Numbered from the stretch's first letter, positions 10,040 through 20,517 are shown. The stretch is DNA of 64,000 nt from Planctomycetes bacterium GWF2_41_51 (GCA_001825665.1 MHXZ01000042.1:35599-99598); one strand, 5' to 3'. Notes: generated from the sequence alone by a model not told the origin. Translations and numbers: made by a program.

Positions 10040-10068
10040 TTGATTTGAAATTAATTTCAAACTATAAT
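10040..10068 (+). promoter_or_regulatory. Sigma70-like promoter (TTGATT-17 nt-TATAAT) of the second dockerin-tail paralog
   Basis: Hexamers at 10040-10045 and 10063-10068. The conserved leader AATCAGCCTGAAAGTCTAAATC lies at 10075-10096. Confidence 0.5.
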
Positions 10069-10110
10069 AGTTTCAATCAGCCTGAAAGTCTAAATCAAAT
10101 ATTTTAGCAA

Positions 10111-10983
10111 ATGAGTTGCAAATGGGTAAAATGTGTGGGTGTATTTGTACTTCTCTTAAGCACTCTATGCATATCATCAGCATTTGGTGACCCTAATAAT
10201 GGGGGATTTGAGGACCCTTGCGATTACAACAGCACAATGGATTCAAACACTCCTACAAGTTGGTATTTTGAAAACTATGTAGAAGTTGTGGGCAATTTTT
10301 TTCCTCATCCTGCATCAGGGTATTATACGGGTTGGAAGTTCAACGAAGCTACCGGACTATATCCTTTTGAGGGGGAATCTTTTATTGTACTGAGCACGGG
10401 CGATTGGCCTGAAAGTTCGTCTTATTCTAAAATTTGGCAAACTATAACAGTCGGAGAAGGTGAAACGTTAACCGGAGTTTATTTTTTCGGTACATGTGAT
10501 TATTGGGATTATAATGATTTTTCTTACATTAAGCTTATCCCTTTAAGGGATGATTTAGAACATGAGGAAATAATAATCGCGCAAGAATCTTTAAAGAGTG
10601 TCGGCGGCGATTATACTTCTTTGGGCGGGTGGAAGAGATTTGCATATACTTTTGATGCAAGCGAGGCAGGAAAATATCAATTGACAATATTTGTCAGCGA
10701 TTACAGGGATAACGCATGGGATTCATATTTAGCAGTTGACGCAATTAAGTTGTGCCATAATCCTCCGGAAAATGGTGAGTTGAATTGCGATTGTACGGTA
10801 AATTTCGAAGACTTTGCAATTATGGTCTCTGATTGGCTGTACGATTGTAACGATCCGATTTTTTATAATGATCCGAATACAAATTGTCTTTTGGGCACAG
10901 ACTTGAGCGGTAATGGGTTAGTTGAATTAAACGATTTAAGAATAATTGCTGAAAACTGGCTCTTGGGCATAAAAGAGGAATAA
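10111..10983 (+). CDS. Secreted protein with C-terminal dockerin-like repeats, paralog B
   Basis: Collinear with 9101-9988 (DPNNGGFE, LTGVYFFGT, GWKRF.YTF, CHNPP, NCDCTVNFEDFA, NCLLGTD). Confidence 0.7.
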   Translation: MSCKWVKCVGVFVLLLSTLCISSAFGDPNNGGFEDPCDYNSTMDSNTPTSWYFENYVEVVGNFFPHPASGYYTGWKFNEATGLYPFEGESFIVLSTGDWPESSSYSKIWQTITVGEGETLTGVYFFGTCDYWDYNDFSYIKLIPLRDDLEHEEIIIAQESLKSVGGDYTSLGGWKRFAYTFDASEAGKYQLTIFVSDYRDNAWDSYLAVDAIKLCHNPPENGELNCDCTVNFEDFAIMVSDWLYDCNDPIFYNDPNTNCLLGTDLSGNGLVELNDLRIIAENWLLGIKEE

Positions 10984-11102
10984 ACGTTCACATTTAAGCG
11001 TTTTCACTTCATTTTCCCTTATATAATTTTGAGACTGGAATTATAAGTTGTTTTCTGGTATAAGTTAGCACTCTAATTCTCGATAATAACAGGATATATC
11101 AA

Positions 11103-11879
11103 ATGTTTGCGATAATCAGCGATATACATTCTAATATTGAGGCACTTTCGACAGTGCTGGCGGATATCGAAAAGCGCGGAATCAAGACAATATACTGCCT
11201 TGGGGATATAATAGGTTATGGGCCGAATCCAAGGGATTGCCTCGACCTTGTAATAGAAAAAACAAAGGCTTGCGTAATGGGCAATCACGATTACGCGATT
11301 TTGTATGAACCGGCGAATTTCAATCTCGGTGCTGAACGGGCGAGCTTTTGGACAAGAGGCCAGCTCGAGAGCGAAGAGGCTGCCGAAAAAAGACATAATC
11401 GCTGGAATTATCTTGGCACGCAGCAGATGAGATGGACGCTTAATACTCAGCTTGACGGGGTAAATGCAACACTGGATTTTGTCCATGCATCGCCGAGAAG
11501 GCCCATCAATGAATATCTTTTCCCAGATGATGTTTATACTACGCCTGCCAAAATCACAGCGCAGTTTGACCGTGTGAAACATATCTGCTTTATCGGGCAT
11601 ACGCATCTGCCGGGAGTTTTTCTCGACGACCCGGATTTTTATTCGCCTGACGAGCTGGATTATGTTTATCCGATTGTACCTGAGGAACGGGCGATTATAA
11701 ATGTCGGTTCAGTCGGTCAGCCGAGGGACAAAGATAATCGATCGTGTTATGTTTATGTCGAACAGAATAATGTACATTTTGTTCGTTTGGAATATGATTT
11801 TAAAACCACACAGAAAAAAATCTACGACATACCTGAATTGGATAACTTCGAGGCAGACAGATTAAGCGAAGGCAGATAA
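11103..11879 (+). CDS. Metallophosphoesterase (calcineurin-like, ApaH/PrpE-like)
   Basis: ISDIHSN, CLGDIIGYGP, GNHD and GHTH motifs. Confidence 0.8.
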   Translation: MFAIISDIHSNIEALSTVLADIEKRGIKTIYCLGDIIGYGPNPRDCLDLVIEKTKACVMGNHDYAILYEPANFNLGAERASFWTRGQLESEEAAEKRHNRWNYLGTQQMRWTLNTQLDGVNATLDFVHASPRRPINEYLFPDDVYTTPAKITAQFDRVKHICFIGHTHLPGVFLDDPDFYSPDELDYVYPIVPEERAIINVGSVGQPRDKDNRSCYVYVEQNNVHFVRLEYDFKTTQKKIYDIPELDNFEADRLSEGR

Positions 11880-11909
11880 ACTAAATTAAGTTAAAAGTGA
11901 AAAGCAAAA

Positions 11910-13727
11910 GTGATGAATATCAAAACAATCATTCAATTAGTGGTCATCTTAATTATCAATTGCGGAATTGTAAACGCGGAAATAACAGCAGTCAATGCAG
12001 AGGAAAAAACATTTATACTTGGCTCAACATCATCGAAAGAAACAAATCCGTATACTCTCGAGATTTCTCTGACAACAAGAGGAGCGGCCATAAGTTCGGC
12101 TAAATTACGAGATTATAATAATCGCAATGTGGAGACTCCCAAGCCTTTTGAAGTATTAAAACCAATCGGCAAAAATTTTTCCCTGGCGAGTAAAAGGCTT
12201 GTGCTGCCGGATATAGGGAAATCTTTTCCGCTGGAGAGGCTCAACTGGATAAGCGATGGAGTTGTTAAAAATACAGATGGAAGCGAATCGATAAGTTTTA
12301 GTGCAATTATTCTGCAGGATGATAGCGAATTTCTTAAACTTACAAAAACTTATTTGCTCAGACAGGAAGATTATCTGCTGGACTGCGATGTCGTTGTTGA
12401 AAATTTAAGCGGCGACAAAGCCGGAGTATTACTGGAGATGACGGGGCCTGCAGGGATTACCAGGGAAGACCCAAGAACAGATGTAAGGACAGTTACCGGA
12501 GCTTTTCTGAACCAGCAAAACATGGTTGAAGTTACAAAAACAAGTATCAAAGACCTGACTAAAGATTACGGCGGAAAAATGAAAATGTTTCATAAGAACG
12601 CTGAGTTTAAATTCCTTTGGGCATCTATTGAAGATAAATATTTTACTTCAATTATCAGACCCGTACCCGCAGATGCTAATATTTACAGTAATTGGATTGG
12701 TGATAAATATGCGATAAGTTTTGACCCGGATGTGATGGTGAAAGACGATGAAAATATCGGCATACTGTTTGAAACTCAGAACGCATACATTGCAGCAGGA
12801 CAAGAGGTTACTTTTAAATACCAGGTTTATATTGGGCCAAAAGATAAAGAGCTTTTCAATTCAGTGCCGCTTTACAGGCAGCTTGGATTTATAAAAACGA
12901 TTGAATTTCAAGCATGCTGCGGGCTTGGATTCGGCTGGCTTAGCTTTTTTATTCTCGACGCGATGAACTGGCTTAACGGATTTATTCCGAATTATGGAGT
13001 GATAATTATCATCTTCGTGCTTGTTGTTCGGCTGGTGCTGCATCCGGTTACAAAGAAAAGCCAGGTCTCTATGATGAGAATGGCAAAGCTCGGGCCTATG
13101 TCCGAAGAGATAAAGAAAAAATACGGCGACAATAAAGCTGAGATGCAAAAGCAAATGGCAAAACTTTATAAAGAGCAGGGAATCGCGCCTATGCTCGGCT
13201 GTCTGCCGATGCTGTTGCAAATGCCGATTTGGGTTGCGCTTTATAGTGCAATCAATACGGGAATCGAATTCAGAGGCGCGGCGTTTTTGCCGTTCTGGAT
13301 TACAGACCTTTCAATACCCGACGCATTGTTCCATCTGCCTGCGGCAACGGAAAGCATTCCTTTTATCGGTTCGTTCATAGGGTCAGAGTTTAATCTGCTT
13401 CCGATATTATTGGGTGTTGCTATGTTCGCGCAGCAAAAACTTATGCCGTCAACAGCGCCGGCATCCAATCCTCAAGCTGCTCAGCAGCAGAAGATGATGC
13501 TTTGGATGATGCCGATAATGATGCTGATGTTCCTTTATAGAGCGCCATCGGGTTTGAATCTTTATATTATGACAAGTACTGCGGGCGGCGTTTTAGAACA
13601 ATATGTAATACGCAAACACATTAAGGAAAAACAAGCACTCGAAGAATCAGGTCTTGTACCGACGACAAGCAAACTCGGCGGTAAGCTGAAAAAGAAAAAA
13701 CCAAAACCGCCAATAAAGTTTTCATAA
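11910..13727 (+). CDS. yidC: Membrane protein insertase YidC
   Basis: Large periplasmic domain followed by the 60-kDa-IMP core (KSQVSMMRMAKLGP, YKEQGIAPMLGCLPMLLQMPIW, SGLNLY). Basic C-tail. Confidence 0.9.
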   Translation: MMNIKTIIQLVVILIINCGIVNAEITAVNAEEKTFILGSTSSKETNPYTLEISLTTRGAAISSAKLRDYNNRNVETPKPFEVLKPIGKNFSLASKRLVLPDIGKSFPLERLNWISDGVVKNTDGSESISFSAIILQDDSEFLKLTKTYLLRQEDYLLDCDVVVENLSGDKAGVLLEMTGPAGITREDPRTDVRTVTGAFLNQQNMVEVTKTSIKDLTKDYGGKMKMFHKNAEFKFLWASIEDKYFTSIIRPVPADANIYSNWIGDKYAISFDPDVMVKDDENIGILFETQNAYIAAGQEVTFKYQVYIGPKDKELFNSVPLYRQLGFIKTIEFQACCGLGFGWLSFFILDAMNWLNGFIPNYGVIIIIFVLVVRLVLHPVTKKSQVSMMRMAKLGPMSEEIKKKYGDNKAEMQKQMAKLYKEQGIAPMLGCLPMLLQMPIWVALYSAINTGIEFRGAAFLPFWITDLSIPDALFHLPAATESIPFIGSFIGSEFNLLPILLGVAMFAQQKLMPSTAPASNPQAAQQQKMMLWMMPIMMLMFLYRAPSGLNLYIMTSTAGGVLEQYVIRKHIKEKQALEESGLVPTTSKLGGKLKKKKPKPPIKFS

Positions 13728-13752
13728 TATTATTTTAGATGTATAAATCACG

Positions 13753-15129
13753 ATGTATAATGTGAATGATACGATTATCGCTGTATCGAGCGGGGCAACT
13801 CCTTCTATAAAAAAAATAATACGAATAAGCGGAGACAGAACTTTTGAAATTTTAAAATCTTTTTTTGATAAAGATTTTGAGAAGAGAAAAAAGATAGCTA
13901 CTCTTAGCGCAAACATCGATGGTTTGGAAATTGAGTGCTGGGTTTATTTATTTTGTTCTCCCAATTCTTATACCGGTGAAGACATTGCTGAAATACATAT
14001 CTGCGGATGCGATAAAATTATCGAATTGATTTTCTCTAAACTTCTTTCGCTGGAATGCAGAGCCGCTTTAGCAGGCGAGTTTACCTATAGAGCTTATGTG
14101 AATGGAAAAATGGACCTTTCAGTCGCTGAAGCAGTAGCACTGATGATAGAAAGCTCAAATCAATATCAGCTAATGGCCGCACAAAAACTTTTCGGCGGCT
14201 CAATAGAAAAAAAGGTGGGCAAAATCCGCCAGGATATTCTTGAACTGCTGAGTATGATTGAGGCGGGTCTGGATTTTGGCGCTGAAGATATCGAAATAAT
14301 CAGCAATCAGAAAGCAATCGAGTCGGCACAGAAACTTATAGGTGAGCTAAAAGAACTTATTTCGGGTTCAATTACATTCGAACAAATTTCACAGGCGCCT
14401 TCGGTTGTTATCGCAGGCGCGGCAAATGCGGGCAAAAGCAGTCTTGTAAACGCGCTTATTGGTGAACAGCGAAGTATCGTATCCGACCAGAGCGGGACCA
14501 CACGGGATGTGCTTGAGCACTGGCTCAGATTAAATAAATGCGATTGTGTATTATTCGATTGCGCTGGAATTGTAACAACGCCGGACGGCATACTTCAAAA
14601 TCTCGCAAATGAAGCCGCAATGAAAGCTGTTAAGGATGCGATAATATTAATTTTCTGCGCAGATATAACGAAAGAAAATTATTTAGATGATGTGCAAATT
14701 TTAAAACAAATAAAAAAAAAGCCAAACATTTTTATAGCATCCAAGAGTGATTTGCTTAGCGATGAACAGGCTGCTGATGCAAAAACAAAACTGAAAAATA
14801 TATTCGACCATGATTTTTTAGTTTTAAGTGTTCATCAAAACAAAAGCATTGAAAATCTTAAAAAGCTAATAGAACAAAACATAATTAAACAAACATCAAC
14901 AACATCAGAGGCAGGAGAGAAAACCGCACTTACTGAAAGACACAGGCAGGCTGTAAATGAAGCAATGAAAAATATAAATTCAGCCGCTATAGAATTTGAA
15001 AATAAAAATGAAGAAATTTCGGCGTTCCTGCTTCGAGCGGCTTTAGAAAATCTGTCCAAAATCGAGGCCGAACATATTGATGAATCGATACTCGATACTA
15101 TCTTTTCACGTTTCTGTATAGGCAAATAA
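13753..15129 (+). CDS. mnmE: tRNA modification GTPase MnmE
   Basis: GAANAGKSSL P-loop, DQSGTTRD, and the C-terminal FCIGK signature. Confidence 0.9.
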   Translation: MYNVNDTIIAVSSGATPSIKKIIRISGDRTFEILKSFFDKDFEKRKKIATLSANIDGLEIECWVYLFCSPNSYTGEDIAEIHICGCDKIIELIFSKLLSLECRAALAGEFTYRAYVNGKMDLSVAEAVALMIESSNQYQLMAAQKLFGGSIEKKVGKIRQDILELLSMIEAGLDFGAEDIEIISNQKAIESAQKLIGELKELISGSITFEQISQAPSVVIAGAANAGKSSLVNALIGEQRSIVSDQSGTTRDVLEHWLRLNKCDCVLFDCAGIVTTPDGILQNLANEAAMKAVKDAIILIFCADITKENYLDDVQILKQIKKKPNIFIASKSDLLSDEQAADAKTKLKNIFDHDFLVLSVHQNKSIENLKKLIEQNIIKQTSTTSEAGEKTALTERHRQAVNEAMKNINSAAIEFENKNEEISAFLLRAALENLSKIEAEHIDESILDTIFSRFCIGK

Positions 15130-15130
15130 A

Positions 15131-15158
15131 AAACCCCGGCAAAAACCGGGGCTTTTTA
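15131..15158. terminator. Bidirectional rho-independent terminator between mnmE and dnaK
   Basis: CCCCGG-caaaaa-CCGGGG stem-loop flanked by an A-run and a T-run. Confidence 0.75.
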
Positions 15159-15203
15159 CATAAATTTATATAAACGTCAACATCCCATTGACGGCTGAAC
15201 TTA

Positions 15204-17150
15204 CTATTTATCTTTCGCTTCAAACTCGGCATCGATTACGTCATCGCCGCCATTTTTACGGTGGACTTTACCCTGTTCACCTGGCTGTTCGGTCGTTGTT
15301 GGACCACCTTGAGGCGGCGGCTGAGCGCCGGCCTGCTGTTTTTTGGCAGCTTCTTCATAAAGAACTTTGCCAAGTTCCTGAGCGGTTGTACTCAGATTTT
15401 CCATAGCTTTCTTTATGGCATCGCCATCTTCGCCCTTTACAGCTTCTTTGAGGTTGTTGACAGCCGATTCGATTTTGCCTCGAGTATCTGCTGAAACTTT
15501 TTCGCCATGTTCTTTGAGAGTTTTCTCAGTAGAATAAATAAGTTGATCGGCCTGATTTTTCATGTCAATCACTTCGCGGCGTTTTTTATCTTCTGCAGCG
15601 TGAGCTTCAGCATCCTGCTGCATCTTTTTGACTTCTTCATCACTGAGGCCTGAGCTGGATTTAATCTGAATCGATTGCTGTTTGCCAGTGCCGAGGTCTT
15701 TGGCAGAAACGTTTAAAATACCGTTTGCATCGATATCGAAGGCGACTTCAACCTGCGGCATTCCACGAGGAGCGGGAGGTATATCAGAAAGCTGGAACCT
15801 GCCTAATGTCCTGTTATCACGTGCGAATTCACGTTCGCCCTGGAGGACATGGATATCAACTGTCGTCTGATTATCGGCAGCGGTCGAAAAAACTTCCTTT
15901 TTGCTGGTCGGAATCGTGGTATTGCGTTCAATAAGCTTTGTCATAACTCCGCCGAGAGTCTCAACCCCCAATGAAAGTGGTGTTACATCCAAAAGCAGAA
16001 TATCTTTAACTCCCGCATCGCCCGCAAGAACTGCACCTTGAACTGCTGCACCAATTGCAACAACTTCATCAGGGTTAAGGCTTTTGTTCGGCTCTTTTTT
16101 GAACAAATCGCGAACAATCTGCTGGACTTTCGGAATTCTTGTTGAACCGCCGACAAGAAGAACCTCAGCAATTTCGGCCGGGTTCATTTTTGCATCGCTC
16201 ATTGCTTTGACACACGGGTTTTTGAGTCTGTCAAAAACAGGCTCTGCCAGTGATTCGAATTTGCTTCTTGTGATCGTTATCTGTAAATGTTTCGGACCGG
16301 AAGCATCTGCGGTAATGAACGGCAGATTAACAGTCGATTCTACTTGGTTAGACAGCTCGCATTTTGCTTTTTCCGCGGCTTCTTTCAATCTTTGATGAGC
16401 CATTGGGTCTTTGCGAAGGTCGATGCCTTCAGTCTTTTTGAACTCATCAGCAAGATAGTTAATCAAAACTTCATCGAGGTCGTCGCCGCCAAGGTGTGTA
16501 TCGCCATTGGTACTGAGGACTTCAAAAACATTGTCGCCGATATCGAGAATCGAGATATCGAAAGTACCGCCGCCGAAATCAAAGACCGCGACTTTTTCAT
16601 TTTTCTTCTTTTCAACACCATAAGCAAGTGCCGCCGCAGTCGGTTCATTGATAATTCTATCGACTTTCAAACCTGCGATAGTGCCTGCGTCTTTGGTTGC
16701 CTGGCGCTGTGCATCATTAAAATAAGCTGGTACGGTAATGACAGCACGTTCGACTTTTTCGCCGAGATAATCTTCAGCTGTTTTCTTTAAATCCTGCAGA
16801 ATCATTGCCGAAACTTCCGGAGGAGTGTATTCTTTACCGCGGACGTTCACTTTGACAAGCTCGTTTGCACCGCCAACTACTTTGTACGGAACCATTTTTT
16901 CTTCCGTGCCTACTTCATTGTGCCGGCGGCCCATAAATCTTTTTATCGAGAAAACAGTGTTTTCAGGGTTGGTAACCTGCTGATGCTTGGCAATTTGCCC
17001 AACGAGACGTTCGCCTTTGTCTGTAAAACCTACTACCGATGGGGTCAGTCTGCTGCCGGAAGAATTTATCAGCACCTTTGGAGAGGCGCCTTCCATTACA
17101 GAGACAACTGAATTCGTTGTTCCTAAATCTATTCCTATAATTTTTGCCAT
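15204..17150 (-). CDS. dnaK: Chaperone DnaK (Hsp70)
   Basis: [22 protein letters not shown] and the other Hsp70 signatures. The start is set at ATG 17150, which follows a GGAG. The track start at 17204 is an upstream extension. Confidence 0.95.
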   Translation of the reverse strand: MAKIIGIDLGTTNSVVSVMEGASPKVLINSSGSRLTPSVVGFTDKGERLVGQIAKHQQVTNPENTVFSIKRFMGRRHNEVGTEEKMVPYKVVGGANELVKVNVRGKEYTPPEVSAMILQDLKKTAEDYLGEKVERAVITVPAYFNDAQRQATKDAGTIAGLKVDRIINEPTAAALAYGVEKKKNEKVAVFDFGGGTFDISILDIGDNVFEVLSTNGDTHLGGDDLDEVLINYLADEFKKTEGIDLRKDPMAHQRLKEAAEKAKCELSNQVESTVNLPFITADASGPKHLQITITRSKFESLAEPVFDRLKNPCVKAMSDAKMNPAEIAEVLLVGGSTRIPKVQQIVRDLFKKEPNKSLNPDEVVAIGAAVQGAVLAGDAGVKDILLLDVTPLSLGVETLGGVMTKLIERNTTIPTSKKEVFSTAADNQTTVDIHVLQGEREFARDNRTLGRFQLSDIPPAPRGMPQVEVAFDIDANGILNVSAKDLGTGKQQSIQIKSSSGLSDEEVKKMQQDAEAHAAEDKKRREVIDMKNQADQLIYSTEKTLKEHGEKVSADTRGKIESAVNNLKEAVKGEDGDAIKKAMENLSTTAQELGKVLYEEAAKKQQAGAQPPPQGGPTTTEQPGEQGKVHRKNGGDDVIDAEFEAKDK

Positions 17151-17522
17151 AATATCTTTCTCCTTATGACCATTAAACATTGAATCGTATGTTGTAAAGT
17201 GCAAACTATGTGCCAGTTAAAGACTGAATATCTAAACCATTACGAGCAAACAACTTATATTTATTCAATCCTGTGTGCGAAGTGCCATTTTGGCAGATTA
17301 CAGCAATAATGGTGTCATACAATTTGAACATAAATAATATGGGAGTTGTTTTATATCTGCCAAAAATGAGCAAAAATCGTTGAAGAGAGAACATTTTTGT
17401 AATTTATGAGTATTTTTTATTTTGAGATTTATTTTTATTATAATATAGTCTAAAAAATCCACTCTATCGATTTTCAACGTATGTGTTTAGAGTGTTTATA
17501 TTTTGGAAAGGAATAAAAAGAA

Positions 17523-18086
17523 ATGCCAAGTATTTCTGATGCTCTTGTAGCGAAAAGAATTTTTTTAACAAAAGGTGTCGGAAGACACAGATATCAACTT
17601 AAATCTTTCGAAGAAGCTTTGCGGGATGCGGGAGTGGCAAACCAGAACCTTGTTCAGGTTTCGTCCATTTTACCCCCCAAATGCAAAATCATCAGCAAAG
17701 AAGCAGGATTAAAGGAGCTTGTGCCGGGAGCAATAGCGTTTTGTGTTATGGCAAGATGCGATACAAATGAGCACGGAAGACTTGTGGCCACTTCAATTGG
17801 AATGGCAGCACCAAAAGACAAAAATAATTGGGGATACCTGAGCGAAGTTCATGGACATGGAATGAATGAACAGCAGGCAGGTGATATGGCGGAAGACCTT
17901 GCGGCCGAAATGCTGGGTACTACATTGGGTTTGGAAGTTGACCCAAATACAGCATGGAGCGAAAGGGAACAAGCTTATAAATCAAGTGGCTTAATCATTA
18001 GAACGTCCAATTGTACACAAGCGGCAAGAGGCCAAAAAAGCCTTTGGACGACAACCGTGGCAATTGCCATGTTCCTGTTCGATTAG
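17523..18086 (+). CDS. pdaD: Pyruvoyl-dependent arginine decarboxylase
   Basis: LVQVSSILPP contains the Ser-Ser self-cleavage site typical of PdaD; 187 aa. Confidence 0.8.
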   Translation: MPSISDALVAKRIFLTKGVGRHRYQLKSFEEALRDAGVANQNLVQVSSILPPKCKIISKEAGLKELVPGAIAFCVMARCDTNEHGRLVATSIGMAAPKDKNNWGYLSEVHGHGMNEQQAGDMAEDLAAEMLGTTLGLEVDPNTAWSEREQAYKSSGLIIRTSNCTQAARGQKSLWTTTVAIAMFLFD

Positions 18087-18107
18087 TGAAAACATTCTAA
18101 ACAGCAA

Positions 18108-18141
18108 AGAGACGTACAAAAGTGTGCGTCTCTATTTTTTT
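18108..18141 (+). terminator. Rho-independent terminator after pdaD
   Basis: AGAGACG-12 nt-CGTCTCT followed by ATTTTTTT. Confidence 0.7.
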
Positions 18142-18167
18142 AGATTTCTGCAAATATCGGAGAAAAA

Positions 18168-19019
18168 ATGAAAAAGTACAATTTTTGTGACCTGCCTGAA
18201 GAATACTCGAATTACCCTACGGCAAAAATAGTAATTTTGCCTGCTCCGTTTGATGCAACAAGTACCTGGATTAAAGGTGCGGATAAAGGACCGGCCGCGA
18301 TTCTCGAAGCATCTGCGAACATGGAAAGCTACGATATCGAAACCGATTCAGAAGTCTATAAACAGGGAATCTTTACTGATAAACCTATTAAAGAAAAAAA
18401 ATCGGCAGAAAAAATGGTCGCTGAGCTCAAAGCCAGAACACTAAAGCATATCCAAAATAAAAAATATGTAGTTACACTCGGCGGCGAACATTCCGTAAGC
18501 ATCGCCCCGATACAGGCACACGTCGAGTCATTTAAGGATGTTTCTGTAATTCAGTTCGATGCGCACGCGGATTTGCGCGAAGAATTTCACGGCTCAAAAA
18601 ACAACCACGCCTGCGTTATGGCAAGAGCCAGAGAAATTGCGCCGATAGTTCAAGTTGGAATTCGAAGCGGAGCAATCGAAGAAGCTGAATCGATGAAACA
18701 AAATAACGTTTTTCTTGCGCAGGATATTTACAATAATAATAAATGGTTCGATAAATGCCTGAAGAAGCTGACTAAAAATGTTTATTTGACAATCGACCTT
18801 GATGTGTTCGACCCGGCGATAATGCCGTCAACAGGTACACCTGAACCGGGTGGACTTGGCTGGTACCAGGTTTTGGATTTTCTAAAATTGCTTATGAAGA
18901 AAAGAAATGTTGTAGGGTTCGATATTGTCGAATTATGCCCCAATCCGAAAAATAAAGCGTCTGATTTTCTTACCGCAAAGTTGATTTATAAATTATTAAG
19001 CTATAGATTTTGCGGCTAA
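18168..19019 (+). CDS. speB: Agmatinase (arginase family)
   Basis: GGEHSVS, FDAHADLR and DLDVFDP metal-binding motifs. Confidence 0.88.
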   Translation: MKKYNFCDLPEEYSNYPTAKIVILPAPFDATSTWIKGADKGPAAILEASANMESYDIETDSEVYKQGIFTDKPIKEKKSAEKMVAELKARTLKHIQNKKYVVTLGGEHSVSIAPIQAHVESFKDVSVIQFDAHADLREEFHGSKNNHACVMARAREIAPIVQVGIRSGAIEEAESMKQNNVFLAQDIYNNNKWFDKCLKKLTKNVYLTIDLDVFDPAIMPSTGTPEPGGLGWYQVLDFLKLLMKKRNVVGFDIVELCPNPKNKASDFLTAKLIYKLLSYRFCG

Positions 19020-19066
19020 CAGCCGATAATAATGATAATCAGAAACCATTTATGAAAGGATTTATT

Positions 19067-19156
19067 ATGTGTGCATGCGGAAACTGCGGATGCGGAGCAA
19101 AAAAGAAACCTGTAAAGAAAGCTGCAAAGGCAAAAAGCAAAACTAAAAAGAAATAA
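19067..19156 (+). CDS. Unannotated 29-aa micro-ORF: Cys cluster plus Lys-rich tail (MCACGNCGCGAKKKPVKKAAKAKSKTKKK)
   Basis: AAAGGA lies 7 nt upstream of the ATG and a strong terminator follows directly. It is below the 60-aa cutoff of the track. I translated it by hand. Confidence 0.45.
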   Translation: MCACGNCGCGAKKKPVKKAAKAKSKTKKK

Positions 19157-19180
19157 CACCCTCGAACAATAAGTAAAAAT

Positions 19181-19219
19181 AAAACGGCCTTAGAATCATT
19201 TAAAGGCCGTTTTTATTTT
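19181..19219. terminator. Bidirectional terminator
   Basis: AAAACGGCCTT...AAGGCCGTTTT stem followed by a T-run. It lies between the micro-ORF (+) and the Met-rich protein gene (-). Confidence 0.75.
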
Positions 19220-19233
19220 GCTATTCATTAAAA

Positions 19234-20190
19234 TTATTTAATCAGTTCAACTACTATGTCTCCCTTGATTGACATCGGCATAGTCATTCCTTGCGGCATT
19301 TGCTCGTTTGCTTCCATTTTTATCATACCTGAAAAATTCATAGTCATATTACTTTTCTTAGTCAAACCGGTTTTCACGTCAACTTCACTGGCTCCATTCA
19401 TTGTGCCGGATAGCTGCATTGACATTTTGTTATTCGGGTCGATATCAAGGGGTTTGGAAGTATCACCCATATCCATTTTCGATACAACATCGATAATAGC
19501 GGTGTCATCCTTTAAGCTTTTGAGCATATAAGTTGTATCAATATCAATCGGCAGCATAAAATTTATACTCTTTGTTTCATACCAGCTATCCCCGACAGCA
19601 ACAGAATTTTCGGGATACATCGTCATCATATTGCCTGTCAATTCTTTGACCTGGCTTTCATCGAACATTTTCTCGATGAATTTTTCAGCTCCCTGCATTT
19701 GCTCGGCCGGCATTTGTTTTTTGAGTTTGTTCATCATTTCAGAAATTCCGCGAACATCGGAAGTTTCGCCCGTTGGTTTAACTTTCATTTGAAATTCACT
19801 GCCGACCATCGCCGAAAAAATACCTGCCATCATTTTTTCCTGAGGATTGTTGGAATCAATTCCCTTAGGATTCGCGGAATCAAATTCCATACGTCCCATC
19901 GGTCCTTCCATAGACATCTTCATGGACTTATATGCCATTTTGATTTCCATTATTCCATTTTCATCAACGCTGAGGCAATCCATACCTAATATCATTTCCT
20001 GCGTTTGCTTCATTTTAATTTCCTGACCGCCCATTGTTTGAGCGATGTCCTGCGTCTGGGTCATCTTCATTTCGTGAGAATCCCCTGCTTTGAGACGAAG
20101 TTTCAGGTCAACCTTATCTTGCGCACAGCAGAATCCCGCCATCAGGATAACCACACTTAAACAAACTGAAATCGTTCTTTTAATTGTCAT
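19234..20190 (-). CDS. Secreted, extremely Met-rich protein of unknown function
   Basis: Signal peptide, possibly a lipoprotein (AGFCCAQD). My hand count gives 42 Met in 318 aa. Confidence 0.75.
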   Translation of the reverse strand: MTIKRTISVCLSVVILMAGFCCAQDKVDLKLRLKAGDSHEMKMTQTQDIAQTMGGQEIKMKQTQEMILGMDCLSVDENGIMEIKMAYKSMKMSMEGPMGRMEFDSANPKGIDSNNPQEKMMAGIFSAMVGSEFQMKVKPTGETSDVRGISEMMNKLKKQMPAEQMQGAEKFIEKMFDESQVKELTGNMMTMYPENSVAVGDSWYETKSINFMLPIDIDTTYMLKSLKDDTAIIDVVSKMDMGDTSKPLDIDPNNKMSMQLSGTMNGASEVDVKTGLTKKSNMTMNFSGMIKMEANEQMPQGMTMPMSIKGDIVVELIK

Positions 20191-20304
20191 TTTAATCTCC
20201 TAAAAAAATTTGTTATGTTCGGAATATAATAACACCAAACAGCTTTCTAATACATAAAATTTGCATTATTTTTCACCGCTTATAACCCTTTTCAGGGCAA
20301 AGCC

Positions 20305-20517
20305 TTACTCTTGATATTCGAACATATCGTCAACTTTCTTACCGAAAGCTTTTGCGATTTTGATGGCCAATTCGAGTGATGGGCTGTATTGACCTGCCTC
20401 TATGGCGATGATTGTCTGACGGGTAACGCCGGCCTTGTCTGCAAGTTCGGCTTGCGTCATTTGGTTATTTTCAAAGCGAAACTGGCGAATATTGTTTTTA
20501 ATTTTATTTTTAGCCAT
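20305..20517 (-). CDS. XRE-family HTH transcriptional regulator (short, about 70 aa)
   Basis: MTQAELADKAGVTRQTIIAIEAGQYSPSLELAIKIAKAF is a classic HTH_3 domain. Confidence 0.85.
   Translation of the reverse strand: MAKNKIKNNIRQFRFENNQMTQAELADKAGVTRQTIIAIEAGQYSPSLELAIKIAKAFGKKVDDMFEYQE

Noticed and set aside
11065-11091. CIRCE (HrcA operator) upstream of the phosphoesterase gene
   Set aside because: TTAGCACTC is present at 11065-73, but the required inverted partner GAGTGCTAA 9 nt downstream is absent (the sequence reads ATAATAACA). No CIRCE is seen upstream of dnaK either.
11073-11606. 177-aa minus-strand ORF overlapping the metallophosphoesterase gene
   Set aside because: The plus-strand frame carries all the calcineurin-like motifs. 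The antisense ORF has none.
15261-17169. Numerous 60-170-aa ORFs antisense to or out of frame within dnaK; the same applies inside glnS, dus, xylA, parB, glyA, the MFS gene and others
   Set aside because: They lie entirely within well-supported conserved genes, lack RBSs, and have low-complexity or atypical composition. They are typical shadow ORFs.
17290-17400. Sigma-32-type heat-shock promoter upstream of dnaK (TTGGCA-14 nt-CCCATAT on the minus strand)
   Set aside because: It is only a loose resemblance to CTTGAAA/CCCCATNT and cannot be supported without TSS data.
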